A stretch of DNA of 64,000 bases from a virus. Made by a program: the position numbers and the translations under genes. The stretch spans positions 32,001-96,000 of IMG/VR virus record IMGVR_UViG_3300042544_003795. One strand, 5' to 3'. The notes beneath the pieces were generated by a model, which worked only from the letters and a program-made list of their open reading frames with translations, was not told the DNA's origin and searched no databases. Positions 1 through 10,354 of the stretch are shown here, in pieces. How positions within the stretch are numbered: position 1 is the first letter of the stretch; the number at the start of each line of letters is the position of its first letter.

Positions 1-80
1 TTTTCCGTCACCTTAAAATAAAATAAAAATAAATTCATTAGAACTTGCGTTTTTCAGGATAGGGCTTATAATATAATCGT

Positions 81-584
81 ATGAACACCACTACTCTATC
101 TCACTCCGCTTTCCTTTCCATGCTTCAGGGAAAGCTTGGCGCTCTCATTATTGGGCTTGAAACCATCACTTCTCCTGAAGTGAAAAAGGGCGGTCCAGCC
201 CATGTTCAAAAATACTCCAAAGGGAGGATTGTGGTCGGCGCATCCTACGCCAAAGCCGTCCGCGCACAAGGGGGGGAAGGCTTTGAGTCTTCTTCCCTTC
301 CATGGGGGGAATGGCTGATTTCAAAGAAGGTAGTCACTCACAAGGGGGAATTTTATCTGGCCCATGTTCGCCGGAACAGTCCTCCCCTTAAATCGTTTTT
401 CACCTCACAAGGTGAAATAATAGACAAGGCTGATATCAAGCCTTTCCTAAGAAAAGTGTACGAGAACAAGCGCCAAGCTGAAGCAGGGGTGACGGGAAAA
501 AAGCAGGTTGATTTCAAGCTGATAAAATTCAGTTCTATAAAAACCATAAAATACGGGGGGAGAACTTTTGAACTAGTCTCATAA
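81..584 (+). CDS. Hypothetical early protein, paralogue of 14733..15239
   Basis: Shares LPWGEW/LPYGEY and AGVTGKKQV motifs with 14733..15239; TTGCGT...TATAAT promoter just upstream. Confidence 0.85.
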   Translation: MNTTTLSHSAFLSMLQGKLGALIIGLETITSPEVKKGGPAHVQKYSKGRIVVGASYAKAVRAQGGEGFESSSLPWGEWLISKKVVTHKGEFYLAHVRRNSPPLKSFFTSQGEIIDKADIKPFLRKVYENKRQAEAGVTGKKQVDFKLIKFSSIKTIKYGGRTFELVS

Positions 585-660
585 ATTCCCCCTATCCTCC
601 CCCCCCTACTTTCCCCATAAGGAGAGTAGGGGATAAAATTTCCATAACCGTCAGGATTTC

Positions 661-980
661 CATAATCGCTATTAAGCGCCATAGCTCTTCGAAGTTGTAG
701 AATAACCATAAGAGCCGTAGCGGCTGAAAGCCGCATAATCGCTATTAAGCGCTATAGCTCTTCGAAGTTGTAGAATAACCATAAGAGCCGTAGCGGCTGA
801 AAGCCGCATATTCTCTATTACGCGCCATAGCTCTTCGAAGTTGTAGAATAACCATAAGAGCCGTAGCGGCTGAAAGCCGCATATTCTCTATTACGCGCCA
901 TAGCTCTTCGAAGTTGTAGAATAACCATAAGAGCCGTAGCGGCTGAAAGCCGCATATTCTCTATTACGCTCCATAACCCT
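661..980. repeat. Tandem array 1: 73-bp unit x4 plus partial
   Basis: Units start at 661, 734, 807, 880, 953; CATAATCGCTATTAAGCGCCATAGCTCTTCGAAGTTGTAGAATAACCATAAGAGCCGTAGCGGCTGAAAGCCG. Confidence 0.97.
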
Positions 981-1073
981 TGGAACTTTTACAATAAGGA
1001 TTTCCCCTAGTCACGCTTAAGGTGAATAAGAGAGTGACGCACTATGAACGATTACGCCACTCTCTCATTCTTT

Positions 1074-1277
1074 TTAACTTGCTTGACGTTTCCTTAGTTC
1101 GTCAGCAAATGTCATGCCTTGGTCCCTGTAGTAGTTCTCATTATTGGGGGCTGGCAATGTCGCCATTGCTTCCGCCGCCAAGCGGCAATCCATTACAACC
1201 CAATTGAGGCTTTCAATTGAGAGAGTCTTGGCTTTAGCTTTCCAATAAATGAAGTCTAGTGACGTGGCTTGTTTCAT
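1074..1277 (-). CDS. Hypothetical protein, paralogue of 16818..17027
   Basis: ATSxDFI-W-KAKTLS...ENYYxDQGxTFADEL shared. Confidence 0.85.
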   Translation of the reverse strand: MKQATSLDFIYWKAKAKTLSIESLNWVVMDCRLAAEAMATLPAPNNENYYRDQGMTFADELRKRQAS

Positions 1278-1567
1278 GACACCTCATTATAACTCATTCG
1301 TTGTAACCTGCAAATGTTTTTTTCAATTACTTTAGTTTTTTTTACCATAGCAAATCTCATGCCAAGTAAAACATTTTTTCTGTCAAGCAAAAAAAATCCC
1401 TTACACGCTAGTAGAGGAATCCCCTAGGCGGCGCCCCCGGCTAGGGGATTTCCCTATGATAGCTTAAGGTATTTTTTAGTTGACACGCAAATGAGTAATG
1501 CGTGTTACACCATGCGCCATGTTACACCGTGCGACATGTTACACCATGCCGCACATGTTACACCATA

Positions 1568-1753
1568 CTAGGATATCCAATATAATGTGCCGTTTACTGT
1601 CATTGAGCCGTCCCACCACTCATATCCTAGATACCTATTGTTAACGCGAAGAGAGCAAAAGTCTTGGCCCCTACGGCCCACAATGCGGGTCACAGGAGAG
1701 GCACCCCACATGGTGGGGATGGAGTATTCGTTCCGGAAAAGGTTAGGTTTCAT
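1568..1753 (-). CDS. Small cassette protein (61 aa), paralogue of 2095..2286
   Basis: IPTMWG..VTR.V.RRGQD.C...EWWDG shared; start set from upstream TTGCGT-N17-TAGAGT. Confidence 0.8.
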   Translation of the reverse strand: MKPNLFRNEYSIPTMWGASPVTRIVGRRGQDFCSLRVNNRYLGYEWWDGSMTVNGTLYWIS

Positions 1754-2094
1754 AGAACCCCACTCTACAGCCGTTCCTTGAATCACGCAAGTGAATTTTT
1801 CTAATTGTTTTCATTTTTCTTGGCGTGCCAATGCATGTTACACCATGCACTATGTTACACCATACGCTATGTTACACCATGCACCATGTTACACCATACG
1901 CCATGTTTTTCGTCAAGTAAAAAAATTCCTTACGAGCTAGTAGAGGAATCCCCTAGCCGGGGCCGCCGCCTAGGGGATTCCCTTATGATTGCTTAGGGTA
2001 TTTTTTAGTTGACACGCAAATGCGCAATGCGTGTTACACCATGCCGCATGTTACACCATGCCGCATGTTACACCATGCGGCATGTTACACCTTG

Positions 2095-2286
2095 TTATCT
2101 GATGGTGTACATCTGTCCAAATATGGACATGGTGCCATCCCACCATTCCATGGCTATAAATATGCCACCAACATGAAGCTCGCAGTAATCTTGCCCCCGG
2201 CGGTTGACTACCCTAGTCACACGGGAAAGAGGACCCCACATGGTGGGGATAGGATGGAGTTGTGATCTGAATAGTCGTGGTATCAT
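2095..2286 (-). CDS. Small cassette protein, paralogue of 1568..1753
   Basis: Sequence similarity; own promoter. Confidence 0.8.
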   Translation of the reverse strand: MIPRLFRSQLHPIPTMWGPLSRVTRVVNRRGQDYCELHVGGIFIAMEWWDGTMSIFGQMYTIR

Positions 2287-2629
2287 AGGACTTCAATATA
2301 CCACATGCCTTGAGAGACGCAAGCGAATTTTTCTAATTGTTTTCATTTTTCTTGGCGTGCCTATGCATGTTACACCATGCACTATGTTACACCATACGCT
2401 ATGTTACACCATGCATCATGTTACACCATACGCCATGTTTTTCGTCAAGTAAAAAAATTCCTTACGAGCTAGTAGAGGAATCCCCTAGCCGGGGCCGCCG
2501 CCTAGGGGATTACCCTATAATCGCTTAGGGTATTTTTTAGTTGACACGCGAATGCGCAATAACTGTTACACCATGCGCTATGTTACACCGTGCGGCATGT
2601 TACACCATGCCGCATGTTACACCATGCTC

Positions 2630-2965
2630 TTAATAATCCATTTCGACTTCGAATAGTTCGAACATCCATGGGAGACGACTCGCGCCATCATCCCATACGC
2701 TATCGCAACGCATGTTGCGAAAAAACTCGTCAGTACTTTCGTACTTGTGTATTATACCATGATGTTCCGTTAGGAACCAGTGAATTTCCTCGTCTCCCCA
2801 GTATTCTCCCACTTCGTCATCCAAGAATGTATATACTTCATCCTGAGTGACAGGATCAGAGTCTTCCATTGCCATTTGAAGCGCTATAACTATCTGCGCT
2901 TCAATCGTCTTCTCAGACGATAGGTTGATCAAGCTGAGATAAGGATGGTTACTGTTGTTTATCAT
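2630..2965 (-). CDS. Acidic hypothetical cassette protein, related to 4158..4421
   Basis: QMAMEDSD/QMAYEDDD and KYxxTxEF(F/L) similarity; own promoter. Confidence 0.8.
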   Translation of the reverse strand: MINNSNHPYLSLINLSSEKTIEAQIVIALQMAMEDSDPVTQDEVYTFLDDEVGEYWGDEEIHWFLTEHHGIIHKYESTDEFFRNMRCDSVWDDGASRLPWMFELFEVEMDY

Positions 2966-3291
2966 CGGACCTCACTATACATCCGTTCCTTGAATCACGC
3001 AAGTGAATTTTTCTAATTGTTTTCATTTTTCTTGGCGTGCCAACGCATGTTACACCATGCACCATGTTACACCATGCACCATGTTACACCATGCGGCATG
3101 TTTTCTGTCAAGCAAAAAAATCCCTTACGCGCTAGTAGAGGAATCCCCTAGCCGAGCCCGCCGCCTAGGGGATTACCCTATAATCGCTTAGGGTATTTTT
3201 TAGTTGACACGCAAATGCGCAATGCGTGTTACACCATGCGCCATGTTACACCGTGCGACATGTTACACCATGCCGCACATGTTACACCACC

Positions 3292-3522
3292 CTAGGACAT
3301 CCTGTATATTCGACACTCAAAGTTTGACCCTATGGTGTCCCACACCATGTACATTTTCCCGCTTTCCATCAGACCGATAAATCGGCCTTCCGCCGTCCAC
3401 ATGTTCAGATTTACATCTCCCGGTCTTTTGACTCTGAAATGTGGCTGGTCAATTGACCAGCAGGAGACTGTGGACGACCATGTGCGAAAAGAAGGACGGT
3501 TGGCAGTAGTTGTGTTGCTCAT
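3292..3522 (-). CDS. Small cassette protein
   Basis: ORF fills the space between repeat blocks; same promoter as neighbours. Confidence 0.75.
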   Translation of the reverse strand: MSNTTTANRPSFRTWSSTVSCWSIDQPHFRVKRPGDVNLNMWTAEGRFIGLMESGKMYMVWDTIGSNFECRIYRMS

Positions 3523-3798
3523 AGGACTTCACTATACATCCGTTCCTTGAATCACGCAAGCGAATTTTTTTAATTGTTTTCTTTTTTCTTGGCGTGCCAA
3601 TGCATGTTACACCATGCACCATGTTACACCATACGCTATGTTACACCATGCACCATGTTACACCATACGCCATGTTTTTCGTCAAGTGAAAAAACACCTG
3701 ATGCGCTAGTAGAGGAATCCACTAGGCGACGGGCCCGGCTAGGGGATTCCCCTATGGCCTCTTAAGGGATTCCCCTAAGTTATAAAAACCAGCATCCC

Positions 3799-4131
3799 TA
3801 TAATCTCTATTAAGCGCTATAGCTCTTCGAAGTCGTAGAGTAGCTATAAGAGCCATAGCGGCTGAAAGCCGCATAATCGCTATTAAGCACTATAGCTCTT
3901 CGAAGTCGTAGAGTAGCTATAAGAGCCATAGCGGCTGAAAGCCGCATAATCGCTATTAAGCGCCATAGCTCTTCGAAGTCGTAGAGTAGCTATAAGAGCC
4001 ATAGCGGCTGAAAGCCGCATAATCGCTATTAAGCGCCATAGCTCTTCGAAGTTGTAGAATAACCATAAGAGCCGTAGCGGCTGAAAGCCGCATAATCGCT
4101 ATTAAGCGCTATAGCTCTTCGAAGTCGTAGA
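3799..4131. repeat. Tandem array 2: 73-bp unit x4 plus partial
   Basis: Same unit as 661-980 with variant GTCGTAGAGTAGCTATAAG. Confidence 0.97.
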
Positions 4132-4157
4132 AAATCTATAATGAATGTTACATCATC

Positions 4158-4421
4158 TTAAGAGTCGTAAAACTCTTTTAGAAATTTCTCCGGAGTTTCT
4201 TTGTATTTTTTATAAATCCTGCGGTCGTCTAAGACGCATAAAATTTCCTCGTGACAGATATATTCTCTTATATCCAATAGATAATAAAAGACCTCCCACA
4301 TTTGGACTTGATCATCGTCCTCATATGCCATTTGCACAACAATCTCCAAATCCGCAAAAGCTTCTTCGAGATTGTTCAAAGAACACTGCTGGAGGTAGGG
4401 GTTCTTATTGGTGTTCATCAT
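4158..4421 (-). CDS. Acidic hypothetical protein
   Basis: Start moved to ATG behind TTGCGT...TATGTT; related to 2630..2965. Confidence 0.75.
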   Translation of the reverse strand: MMNTNKNPYLQQCSLNNLEEAFADLEIVVQMAYEDDDQVQMWEVFYYLLDIREYICHEEILCVLDDRRIYKKYKETPEKFLKEFYDS

Positions 4422-4741
4422 CAGGTCACAACATACAGCCGACTCTCTAATCACGCAAGAGTTTTTTTCAATCGTTTTTGTTTTTTTTAGCGCAGTAATA
4501 CATGTTACACCATGCTACATGTTATATCATGGTACCCTAACCGTTAGTAAGGGATTCCCCTACGCGGCGTCCCCGTCTAGGGGATTCCTCTATGGAACGC
4601 TAAGGGAATTTTTTAGTTGACACGCAAATGCGCAATCCGTGTTACACCATGTCATATGTTACACCATGCGACGCGCCAAGATAAATGAAATAAATCGAAA
4701 ATATCCGTTGCGTCTTTCGCGGCCTGTGTTATAGTAAGGAC

Positions 4742-4948
4742 ATGAAAGAAACCCACTATCTCCTATCTGGCCTAAAACCCACAGGCGAGCACCTCGCCCT
4801 TTGGGCTTTAGAGTCCATAGTTAAGCTGTCCCGCCTCCACGGTCATCCCTTAGAAAGACCGGAAGCCACGGAGTGGCTGTCACAGTCTACAGAAAAGTCT
4901 CTTGACCGAGACTGGGTAGAATGGCGATTAGATGGCATCTTTGACTAA
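4742..4948 (+). CDS. Hypothetical cassette protein
   Basis: Directly behind conserved promoter. Confidence 0.75.
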   Translation: MKETHYLLSGLKPTGEHLALWALESIVKLSRLHGHPLERPEATEWLSQSTEKSLDRDWVEWRLDGIFD

Positions 4949-5031
4949 GGTGCTATCTCCCTCCCTTAAAAAGTTAAAAATAATCAAAAGGAACTCGACA
5001 CACCCCGAGTTCTATGGTAAACTCCTATACT

Positions 5032-5556
5032 ATGAAATCTCTACTCTTTATAGCCTTTATCTGTTTCACAGCTTTTGCTTATGGCATCTCTTCACCGAGT
5101 GTCAATGGTAAAAGGTTTGTCCCTGACTATTTTCAGATTGCGCTTGACGGCGTAAAGAGTTTTGAGGGTTTCAGAGAGAAGCCATATAAATGTCCGGCGG
5201 GAGTGCGGACTATAGGATACGGCTTTACTGGCCCTTTAGCTAAGGTTAAAAATATCAGTAAAGAAGACGCAGATCTTCTCTTGACTAAAGAGCTTCACCA
5301 ATATGTCTTGACTGTTGAAGATAATGTGAAAGTCCCCTTGACCCGCAATCAGCTTTATGCACTGGCCAGTTTCACATACAACTGCGGAGAAGGAAACCTT
5401 CGCCAGCTTGTCAACGGAAAAAATAGGCTAAACTCCGGAAACTATAAATCAGTTGAGAGGTTGTTACCTAAGTATCGTAAAGGCGGCGGGAAGGTTCTGA
5501 AAGGATTGCAAAAGAGGCGGGAGTGGGAAGTTAAGCTGTGGAAAGGTGAGCTTTAA
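5032..5556 (+). CDS. Phage lysozyme (GH24) with N-terminal signal peptide
   Basis: FEGFREKPYKCPAGVRTIGYG catalytic motif, ALASFTYNCG, GLQKRREWE; hydrophobic N-terminus ending AFAYG. Confidence 0.93.
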   Translation: MKSLLFIAFICFTAFAYGISSPSVNGKRFVPDYFQIALDGVKSFEGFREKPYKCPAGVRTIGYGFTGPLAKVKNISKEDADLLLTKELHQYVLTVEDNVKVPLTRNQLYALASFTYNCGEGNLRQLVNGKNRLNSGNYKSVERLLPKYRKGGGKVLKGLQKRREWEVKLWKGEL

Positions 5557-5764
5557 AAGTCAAGCGCCGCCTCCCCCTAAGGGGGAGTAGGGGATTCCCC
5601 TACGCGGCGTCCCCGGCTAGGGGATTCCCTTATGGTCGCTTAGGGGAATTTTTCGCTTGACCCATAAAAACGCAATAGTTGTTACACCATACGACGCGCA
5701 AAAATAAACGAAAACAATTGAAAATATCCGTTGCGTTCCTCACTGCATGTGATATAATGAAATC

Positions 5765-6037
5765 GTGAAACTTGACTCTCTTATCGCCCAGCTCGAAGCT
5801 CTCAAGGCCATGTACGGCCCAGACATAGAGGTCGCCTTCAAGGCGGCGTCAGAAACACAAAGTACGCCAATCACAAGCGCCGCCTTCAATTTCGAGGAGG
5901 CAACCAGAGATTGGATTATATCCCTAGCCTCGGAGGTCGAAGAGGATGAATGCGACTATTCCGGCGAATGGGACGAAGCAGAAAACGACTACGAGAGGAG
6001 AATGGAGGGATGGATGGACTCCAGAGGGGAGGAGTAG
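5765..6037 (+). CDS. Acidic hypothetical cassette protein
   Basis: GTG start 6 nt after TATAAT; D/E-rich C-terminus. Confidence 0.8.
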   Translation: MKLDSLIAQLEALKAMYGPDIEVAFKAASETQSTPITSAAFNFEEATRDWIISLASEVEEDECDYSGEWDEAENDYERRMEGWMDSRGEE

Positions 6038-6251
6038 TCAAGGGAAAAAATCTAAGAACCCCCCTAAGAGGGGGTAGGGGATTCCCCTACGCGGCGTCCC
6101 CGGCTAGGGGATTCCCCTATGGTACGATAAGGGAATTTTTTAGTTGACTCTCAAATGCGCAATACATGTTACACCATGCGGCGAGCCAAGATATATGAAA
6201 TAAATCGAAAATATCCGTTGCATTTTTTCCTCCCTGTGATATACTGATTAC

Positions 6252-6479
6252 ATGAGTTTACCACATCTTAAGTATATACATTTATCACGATTCGATAAAT
6301 TGGACTTCTTGATTAACAATTGCGGCGAAGGTTTTGTTAAAGAGTGCACTCTCTTGACCGAATTAGTCGGGTACATGTCTGACTCCGACTTTTCTGATTT
6401 CTTTGATAAAATCTGCCGTGAGTGGGGTATTGAGGTATCAGAAGAAATCTGCTGGGATTGGGAGACTGAAGGAGTCTAA
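6252..6479 (+). CDS. Small acidic protein, paralogue of 10355..10549
   Basis: KLDFLI.NC.E.FVKEC.LLTELVGYMSDSDFSDFFDK.CREW in both. Confidence 0.85.
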   Translation: MSLPHLKYIHLSRFDKLDFLINNCGEGFVKECTLLTELVGYMSDSDFSDFFDKICREWGIEVSEEICWDWETEGV

Positions 6480-6699
6480 GGGGAGACGATTAGAAAGTCA
6501 AGAAAACAACTCCCCTAAGGGGGAGTAGGGGATTCCCCTACGCGGCGTCCCCGGCTAGGGGATTCCCCTATGGTACGATAAGGGAATTTTTAGTTGACTC
6601 ATAAATGCGCAATGCGTGTTACACCATCCCACGACAAAAAAAAGAAAAAGAATTGAAAATATCCGTTGCTTTCCTGAAACGCTGGACTATAGTCAAGAC

Positions 6700-7113
6700 A
6701 TGACTCTTCAATCACCACCCGCTATCATCAAAGTTCCTTCCAACGTCTTGGCCGATGCCATGATCAACCGCTACTTCATCGCTGGCTTCCTGAACTGTTC
6801 AGAAGAGCAAATCTCTGACTGGGATATCAACTGGGAGAAAGGACACCTTTCTGTCACCTTTATCCCTGAATCCGATTTTTGGGGAGACTCTCTCAGGGAG
6901 TACCTCAACATAGAGTTCCAGCTTTTCGGAGAGGACATAGAAGGAAACGTCTGGGAGTTTCCCAACTCAGACAGAGTTCTAGAGTGGTTCTCTCTAGAGA
7001 AGAAAGGCCCCATGGGATCATGGAACGCGGGAGTAGCGGCTCACAAAGACAGCATGGAATGGGTGTGCTGGATGATAGCAAATAGCAAGGACGGCCTACT
7101 GAAAGATATGTAA
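6700..7113 (+). CDS. Hypothetical cassette protein
   Basis: ATG 6 nt after TATAGT; the 6616 start in the track lies within repeat DNA. Confidence 0.8.
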   Translation: MTLQSPPAIIKVPSNVLADAMINRYFIAGFLNCSEEQISDWDINWEKGHLSVTFIPESDFWGDSLREYLNIEFQLFGEDIEGNVWEFPNSDRVLEWFSLEKKGPMGSWNAGVAAHKDSMEWVCWMIANSKDGLLKDM

Positions 7114-7337
7114 AGTTGTTACACCAAGCAAGTCAAATAAAAAACTCCCCTAAGGGGGAGTAGGGGATTCCCCTACGCGGCGTCCCCGGCTAGGGGATTC
7201 CCCTATGGTCGCTTAGGGGAATTTTTATGTTGACTCATGAAAAAATAATTCATGTTACACCATCGCCTCCAAAGAAAAAGAAAAACAATTCAAAATATCC
7301 GTTGACTCTCTCTTGGCTTGTGTTATAGTATGGGACT

Positions 7338-7541
7338 ATGAATACCCTATATGTTGTCGAGGCCGAGTCCGGAGTTCACCACGGGAATTGCGAGCTAGGA
7401 GTGGGCCTAAGCCGCGCCGCCGCCATATGTGATGCCTACGGCCCCGGAGGTAAGCTCCCCCGCCATGCGTGGGTCAATATCGTCTCCCGCGAAAAGGAGC
7501 CGAAAAGGTTCGAGCGCCTAAAGGCTCAAAATGGCCTTTAG
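7338..7541 (+). CDS. Hypothetical cassette protein
   Basis: Behind TTGACT-N16-TATAGT. Confidence 0.75.
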   Translation: MNTLYVVEAESGVHHGNCELGVGLSRAAAICDAYGPGGKLPRHAWVNIVSREKEPKRFERLKAQNGL

Positions 7542-7659
7542 TGTCAAGCGAAAAACACCCCTAGGACACCCTAGGGGATTTCCCTACGCGGGGACGCCGC
7601 CTAGGGGATTCCTCTATGATTGCTTAGGGGATTTGCCTAGGGTATAAAAACCATCATTC

Positions 7660-7915
7660 CTATAATCACTATTAAGGTAAATAGCTCTTCGAAGTTGTAT
7701 AATCACTATTAAAGGCTATAGCTCTTCGAAGTTGTAGAATATCCATAAGAGCCGTAGCGGCTGAAAGCCGCATATTCTCTATTACGCGCCATAGCTCTTC
7801 GAAGTTGTAGAATACCCATAAGAGCCGTAGCGGCTGAAAGCCGCATATTCTCTATTACGCGCCATAGCTCTTCGAAGTTGTATAATAACTATTAAGAGCT
7901 ATAACCCTTCAAACT
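7660..7915. repeat. Tandem array 3: ~37-bp monomers plus two 73-bp units
   Basis: Same core as arrays 1 and 2. Confidence 0.93.
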
Positions 7916-7917
7916 TT

Positions 7918-8244
7918 TCAAATCAATCCCTTCACAATTAACCATGAAGGAGAACCATAACTATCCGTTCCGTCAGGTTCAACCGTTTCACCTAGGATAG
8001 ACTTGCAATTGCCGTTACTGTCCCATCGTGATAGACTTGACACAGAAGGTTCCTTCTTCCCTAGCATTTTAATAGCCGTACCATTGGAGATTTTAAACTC
8101 TGACTCTGAACCGTACACTTTGACACGAGGACGATGACCGATAGCAGTCTCTTCCCATCTAATAGAGAATTTGTTCCCCGCTTTCAGGACACTGCCGTCT
8201 TTCATTTTGATTTCAGTTTTATTGATAAATGAGTGAGTTTTCAT
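7918..8244 (-). CDS. Hypothetical phage protein
   Basis: C-terminal VEPDG...SPSWL motif; own promoter. Confidence 0.8.
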   Translation of the reverse strand: MKTHSFINKTEIKMKDGSVLKAGNKFSIRWEETAIGHRPRVKVYGSESEFKISNGTAIKMLGKKEPSVSSLSRWDSNGNCKSILGETVEPDGTDSYGSPSWLIVKGLI

Positions 8245-8301
8245 GTATTCAGTTTACCACACGGTTTTCAGATAGCAAAAAGTATTTTCAATTATTTTGT
8301 T

Positions 8302-8601
8302 TTATTGATAAAAGAAATTTTTGGCCCTCATCACAAGAGAAAGATATTGTGAGATTCTGATATGATGAAAAAGTCCACGATCAGGAGATTTTAAATAACC
8401 TTTAATTCCACCGTACTTAGCTATTGACTTATCCGGGTTACGTGGTGGATACAACGGGTTACCCTTGCCTTCTATCTGACCCCAGATATCTACTGTATCG
8501 CCCCACACGGCGGCAGTCAGTCGGATAGTTCCACCCTGTAGTGATGGAACCGTTAGGGTGACGTGATATGGGTGAAGGCCGGGTTGCAATTCAGGTTTCA
8601 T
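8302..8601 (-). CDS. Hypothetical protein
   Basis: ORF coupled to 8604..8846. Confidence 0.7.
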   Translation of the reverse strand: MKPELQPGLHPYHVTLTVPSLQGGTIRLTAAVWGDTVDIWGQIEGKGNPLYPPRNPDKSIAKYGGIKGYLKSPDRGLFHHIRISQYLSLVMRAKNFFYQ

Positions 8602-8603
8602 TT

Positions 8604-8846
8604 TTAGTCGCTGAGAAGTTCATCTCTTTCCTCATTGTAAATAGACAAACATGAAGGCCTTTCAAAATCAATATCGCCTAACGATAAATCGCCTAAAGAG
8701 ACTTTTTTCCATTCTACGTTGTCAAGCGTATAATGAAAAACGTCCCACTTGACATAGCAATCTTTGACTTGATCCCAGCTATCGACTGGAATATCGACAT
8801 CTGTTGAAGAGCCAACCGAATAAGACGCATCAATTGTGATTTTCAT
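8604..8846 (-). CDS. Acidic hypothetical protein, paralogue of 9927..10175
   Basis: SY.V.SS..(V/I)D(I/L)P...KD...HY(T/S)L...W shared. Confidence 0.8.
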   Translation of the reverse strand: MKITIDASYSVGSSTDVDIPVDSWDQVKDCYVKWDVFHYTLDNVEWKKVSLGDLSLGDIDFERPSCLSIYNEERDELLSD

Positions 8847-8976
8847 TTTATAATAAGTTAAGAACTAGTGAAAGCTAAACATCGCTTTCATGTGATTAGT
8901 ATATCACAGCCATCGAAAAACTCAACGGATATTTTTAATTCTTTTGATTTATTTTAAGAGTGTACTATACTAAAGC

Positions 8977-9153
8977 ATGAGCCTAGACAAAGCAATCGAA
9001 CACAATAAGGAGAAAAGAGCACCGTTCCGGAAAAGTAAACGCTTTGATAGAACTTGCCGCAATCATGGAAAGTGTCCATACTGTGAAGGGAACAGAACTT
9101 TTCAATCAGAAAAAGAACTTCAGAGAATAGAAAGCTTTGGAGAAGAAGAATAG
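8977..9153 (+). CDS. 58-aa Cys/His protein (not in ORF track)
   Basis: MSLDKAIEHNKEKR...DRTCRNHGKCPYCEGNR; TTGATT-N16-TATACT-N5-ATG. Confidence 0.8.
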   Translation: MSLDKAIEHNKEKRAPFRKSKRFDRTCRNHGKCPYCEGNRTFQSEKELQRIESFGEEE

Positions 9154-9337
9154 AGAATGTCAAGCACCGCCTCCCCTTAAGTGGGAATAGGGGATTACCC
9201 TATGCCTACCCCCCCGCATAGGGGATTCCCTTATAGTGTCTTAGGGTTGACTTGGCACGCCGCCTGCTTGTGTAAAGAAAATTGAAAACAATCGAAAATA
9301 TCCGTTGCAATCTAATACCCCTGTGACATAATAAAGC

Positions 9338-9577
9338 ATGAAACTATCTAAACTGATTAAGGTTTTGCAAAATGCGAAAAAAGAACTAGGGGACGTTCCT
9401 GTTATGGTGATGGATGAAGAAATGGGGAGTTGGGAATATCTCTCTGAGGTTCTCAAACTTCATCCTTATACTGGACCTTACGGGTGTATGGATAGAACCA
9501 AACCCGCAGATTCGATTGGCCTTGTTAGAAATAAAGGTTTCTCATCTAAAGACCTGCTACTAGGACAGAGAGATTAA
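9338..9577 (+). CDS. Hypothetical protein
   Basis: Behind conserved promoter. Confidence 0.8.
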   Translation: MKLSKLIKVLQNAKKELGDVPVMVMDEEMGSWEYLSEVLKLHPYTGPYGCMDRTKPADSIGLVRNKGFSSKDLLLGQRD

Positions 9578-9630
9578 AAAGAATTGAAAATATCCGTTGC
9601 ATCTATCCTAAAGTGTGATATAGTAAAGTC

Positions 9631-9909
9631 GTGAAAGATGATCTTCTTTACATACCTCGCCTTGCTGAACTTTACGATTGGTTTCGTATTGAGGAACAGA
9701 ATGGTGAGATGATTGCTTGCGGTGGAATATTTCCAGCTTATGAGATAAAGGCTGGCCAGCGATGGCAAGGTTCTAGTGGTCACACTGTTCTAGTCGATGA
9801 AGTGGATTCCTATTCAGTTCATTACTCATGGGACGAACAGGGAGTAAAGAAAACCCATAAAAAATCCCACTTCGCTTTCCAGTGCCGGTATTGTCTTGTT
9901 TTATCCTAA
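9631..9909 (+). CDS. Hypothetical protein
   Basis: GTG start 6 nt after TATAGT. Confidence 0.8.
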   Translation: MKDDLLYIPRLAELYDWFRIEEQNGEMIACGGIFPAYEIKAGQRWQGSSGHTVLVDEVDSYSVHYSWDEQGVKKTHKKSHFAFQCRYCLVLS

Positions 9910-9926
9910 TCTAACCTAATAACAAA

Positions 9927-10175
9927 ATGAAAGTTGAAATTGTCACATCATACAGAGTATTCTCATCTGCCTTTATCGACCTCCCTATTGAAAATATAAA
10001 GGAAATTAAAGATTACTTTATAATCGACAATGTTTTGCATTACTCATTGAAAGATGAAAAATGGGAAAAAATCACCTTGCCAGAGGGTGAGGATGAATTC
10101 GAAAAATCTAGTGAAGTGAAATTCTATAGTGCTGAGTCTCACCAAACAGTAATGAAAATGTCTAAGTCTATCTAA
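9927..10175 (+). CDS. Hypothetical protein, paralogue of 8604..8846
   Basis: Sequence similarity. Confidence 0.8.
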   Translation: MKVEIVTSYRVFSSAFIDLPIENIKEIKDYFIIDNVLHYSLKDEKWEKITLPEGEDEFEKSSEVKFYSAESHQTVMKMSKSI

Positions 10176-10354
10176 GTCAAGCTCCTCCTCCCCCTAAGGG
10201 GGAGTAGGGGATTCCCCTACGCGGCGTCCCCGGCTAGGGGATTCCCCTATAGCGTCTTAGGGTTGACTTGGCACGCCGCCTGCTTATGCAAAGAAAATTG
10301 AAAACAATTGAAAATATCCGTTGCTCTTTTCCTTCCCTGTGATATACTAATTAC

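Larger units (their letters stand above)
1500..7265 (+). repeat. 17-bp direct repeats (ATGTTACACCATGCnnn) in blocks of 3-4, more than 30 copies
   Basis: Blocks at about 1503-1566, 1836-1900, 2032-2092, 2368-2432, 2564-2626, 3048-3095, 3227-3289, 3605-3668; single or double copies to about 7260; all in the same orientation. Confidence 0.95.
4697..10354 (+). promoter_or_regulatory. Repeated early promoter AAAATATCCG-TTGnnn-N16-TAnnnT-N5-8-ATG/GTG
   Basis: Before starts at 4742, 5765, 6252, 6700, 7338, 9338, 9631, 10355; reverse copies near 8930, 25645, 26080. Confidence 0.88.

Noticed and set aside
661-980. 73-bp unit as a hammerhead ribozyme
   Set aside because: CTGAAAG is present but the CUGAnGA plus GAAA core arrangement is not found on either strand
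1805-3765. Plus-strand ORFs with MLHH/CYT/VTPC repeats
   Set aside because: Translations of the 17-bp repeats and palindromic elements
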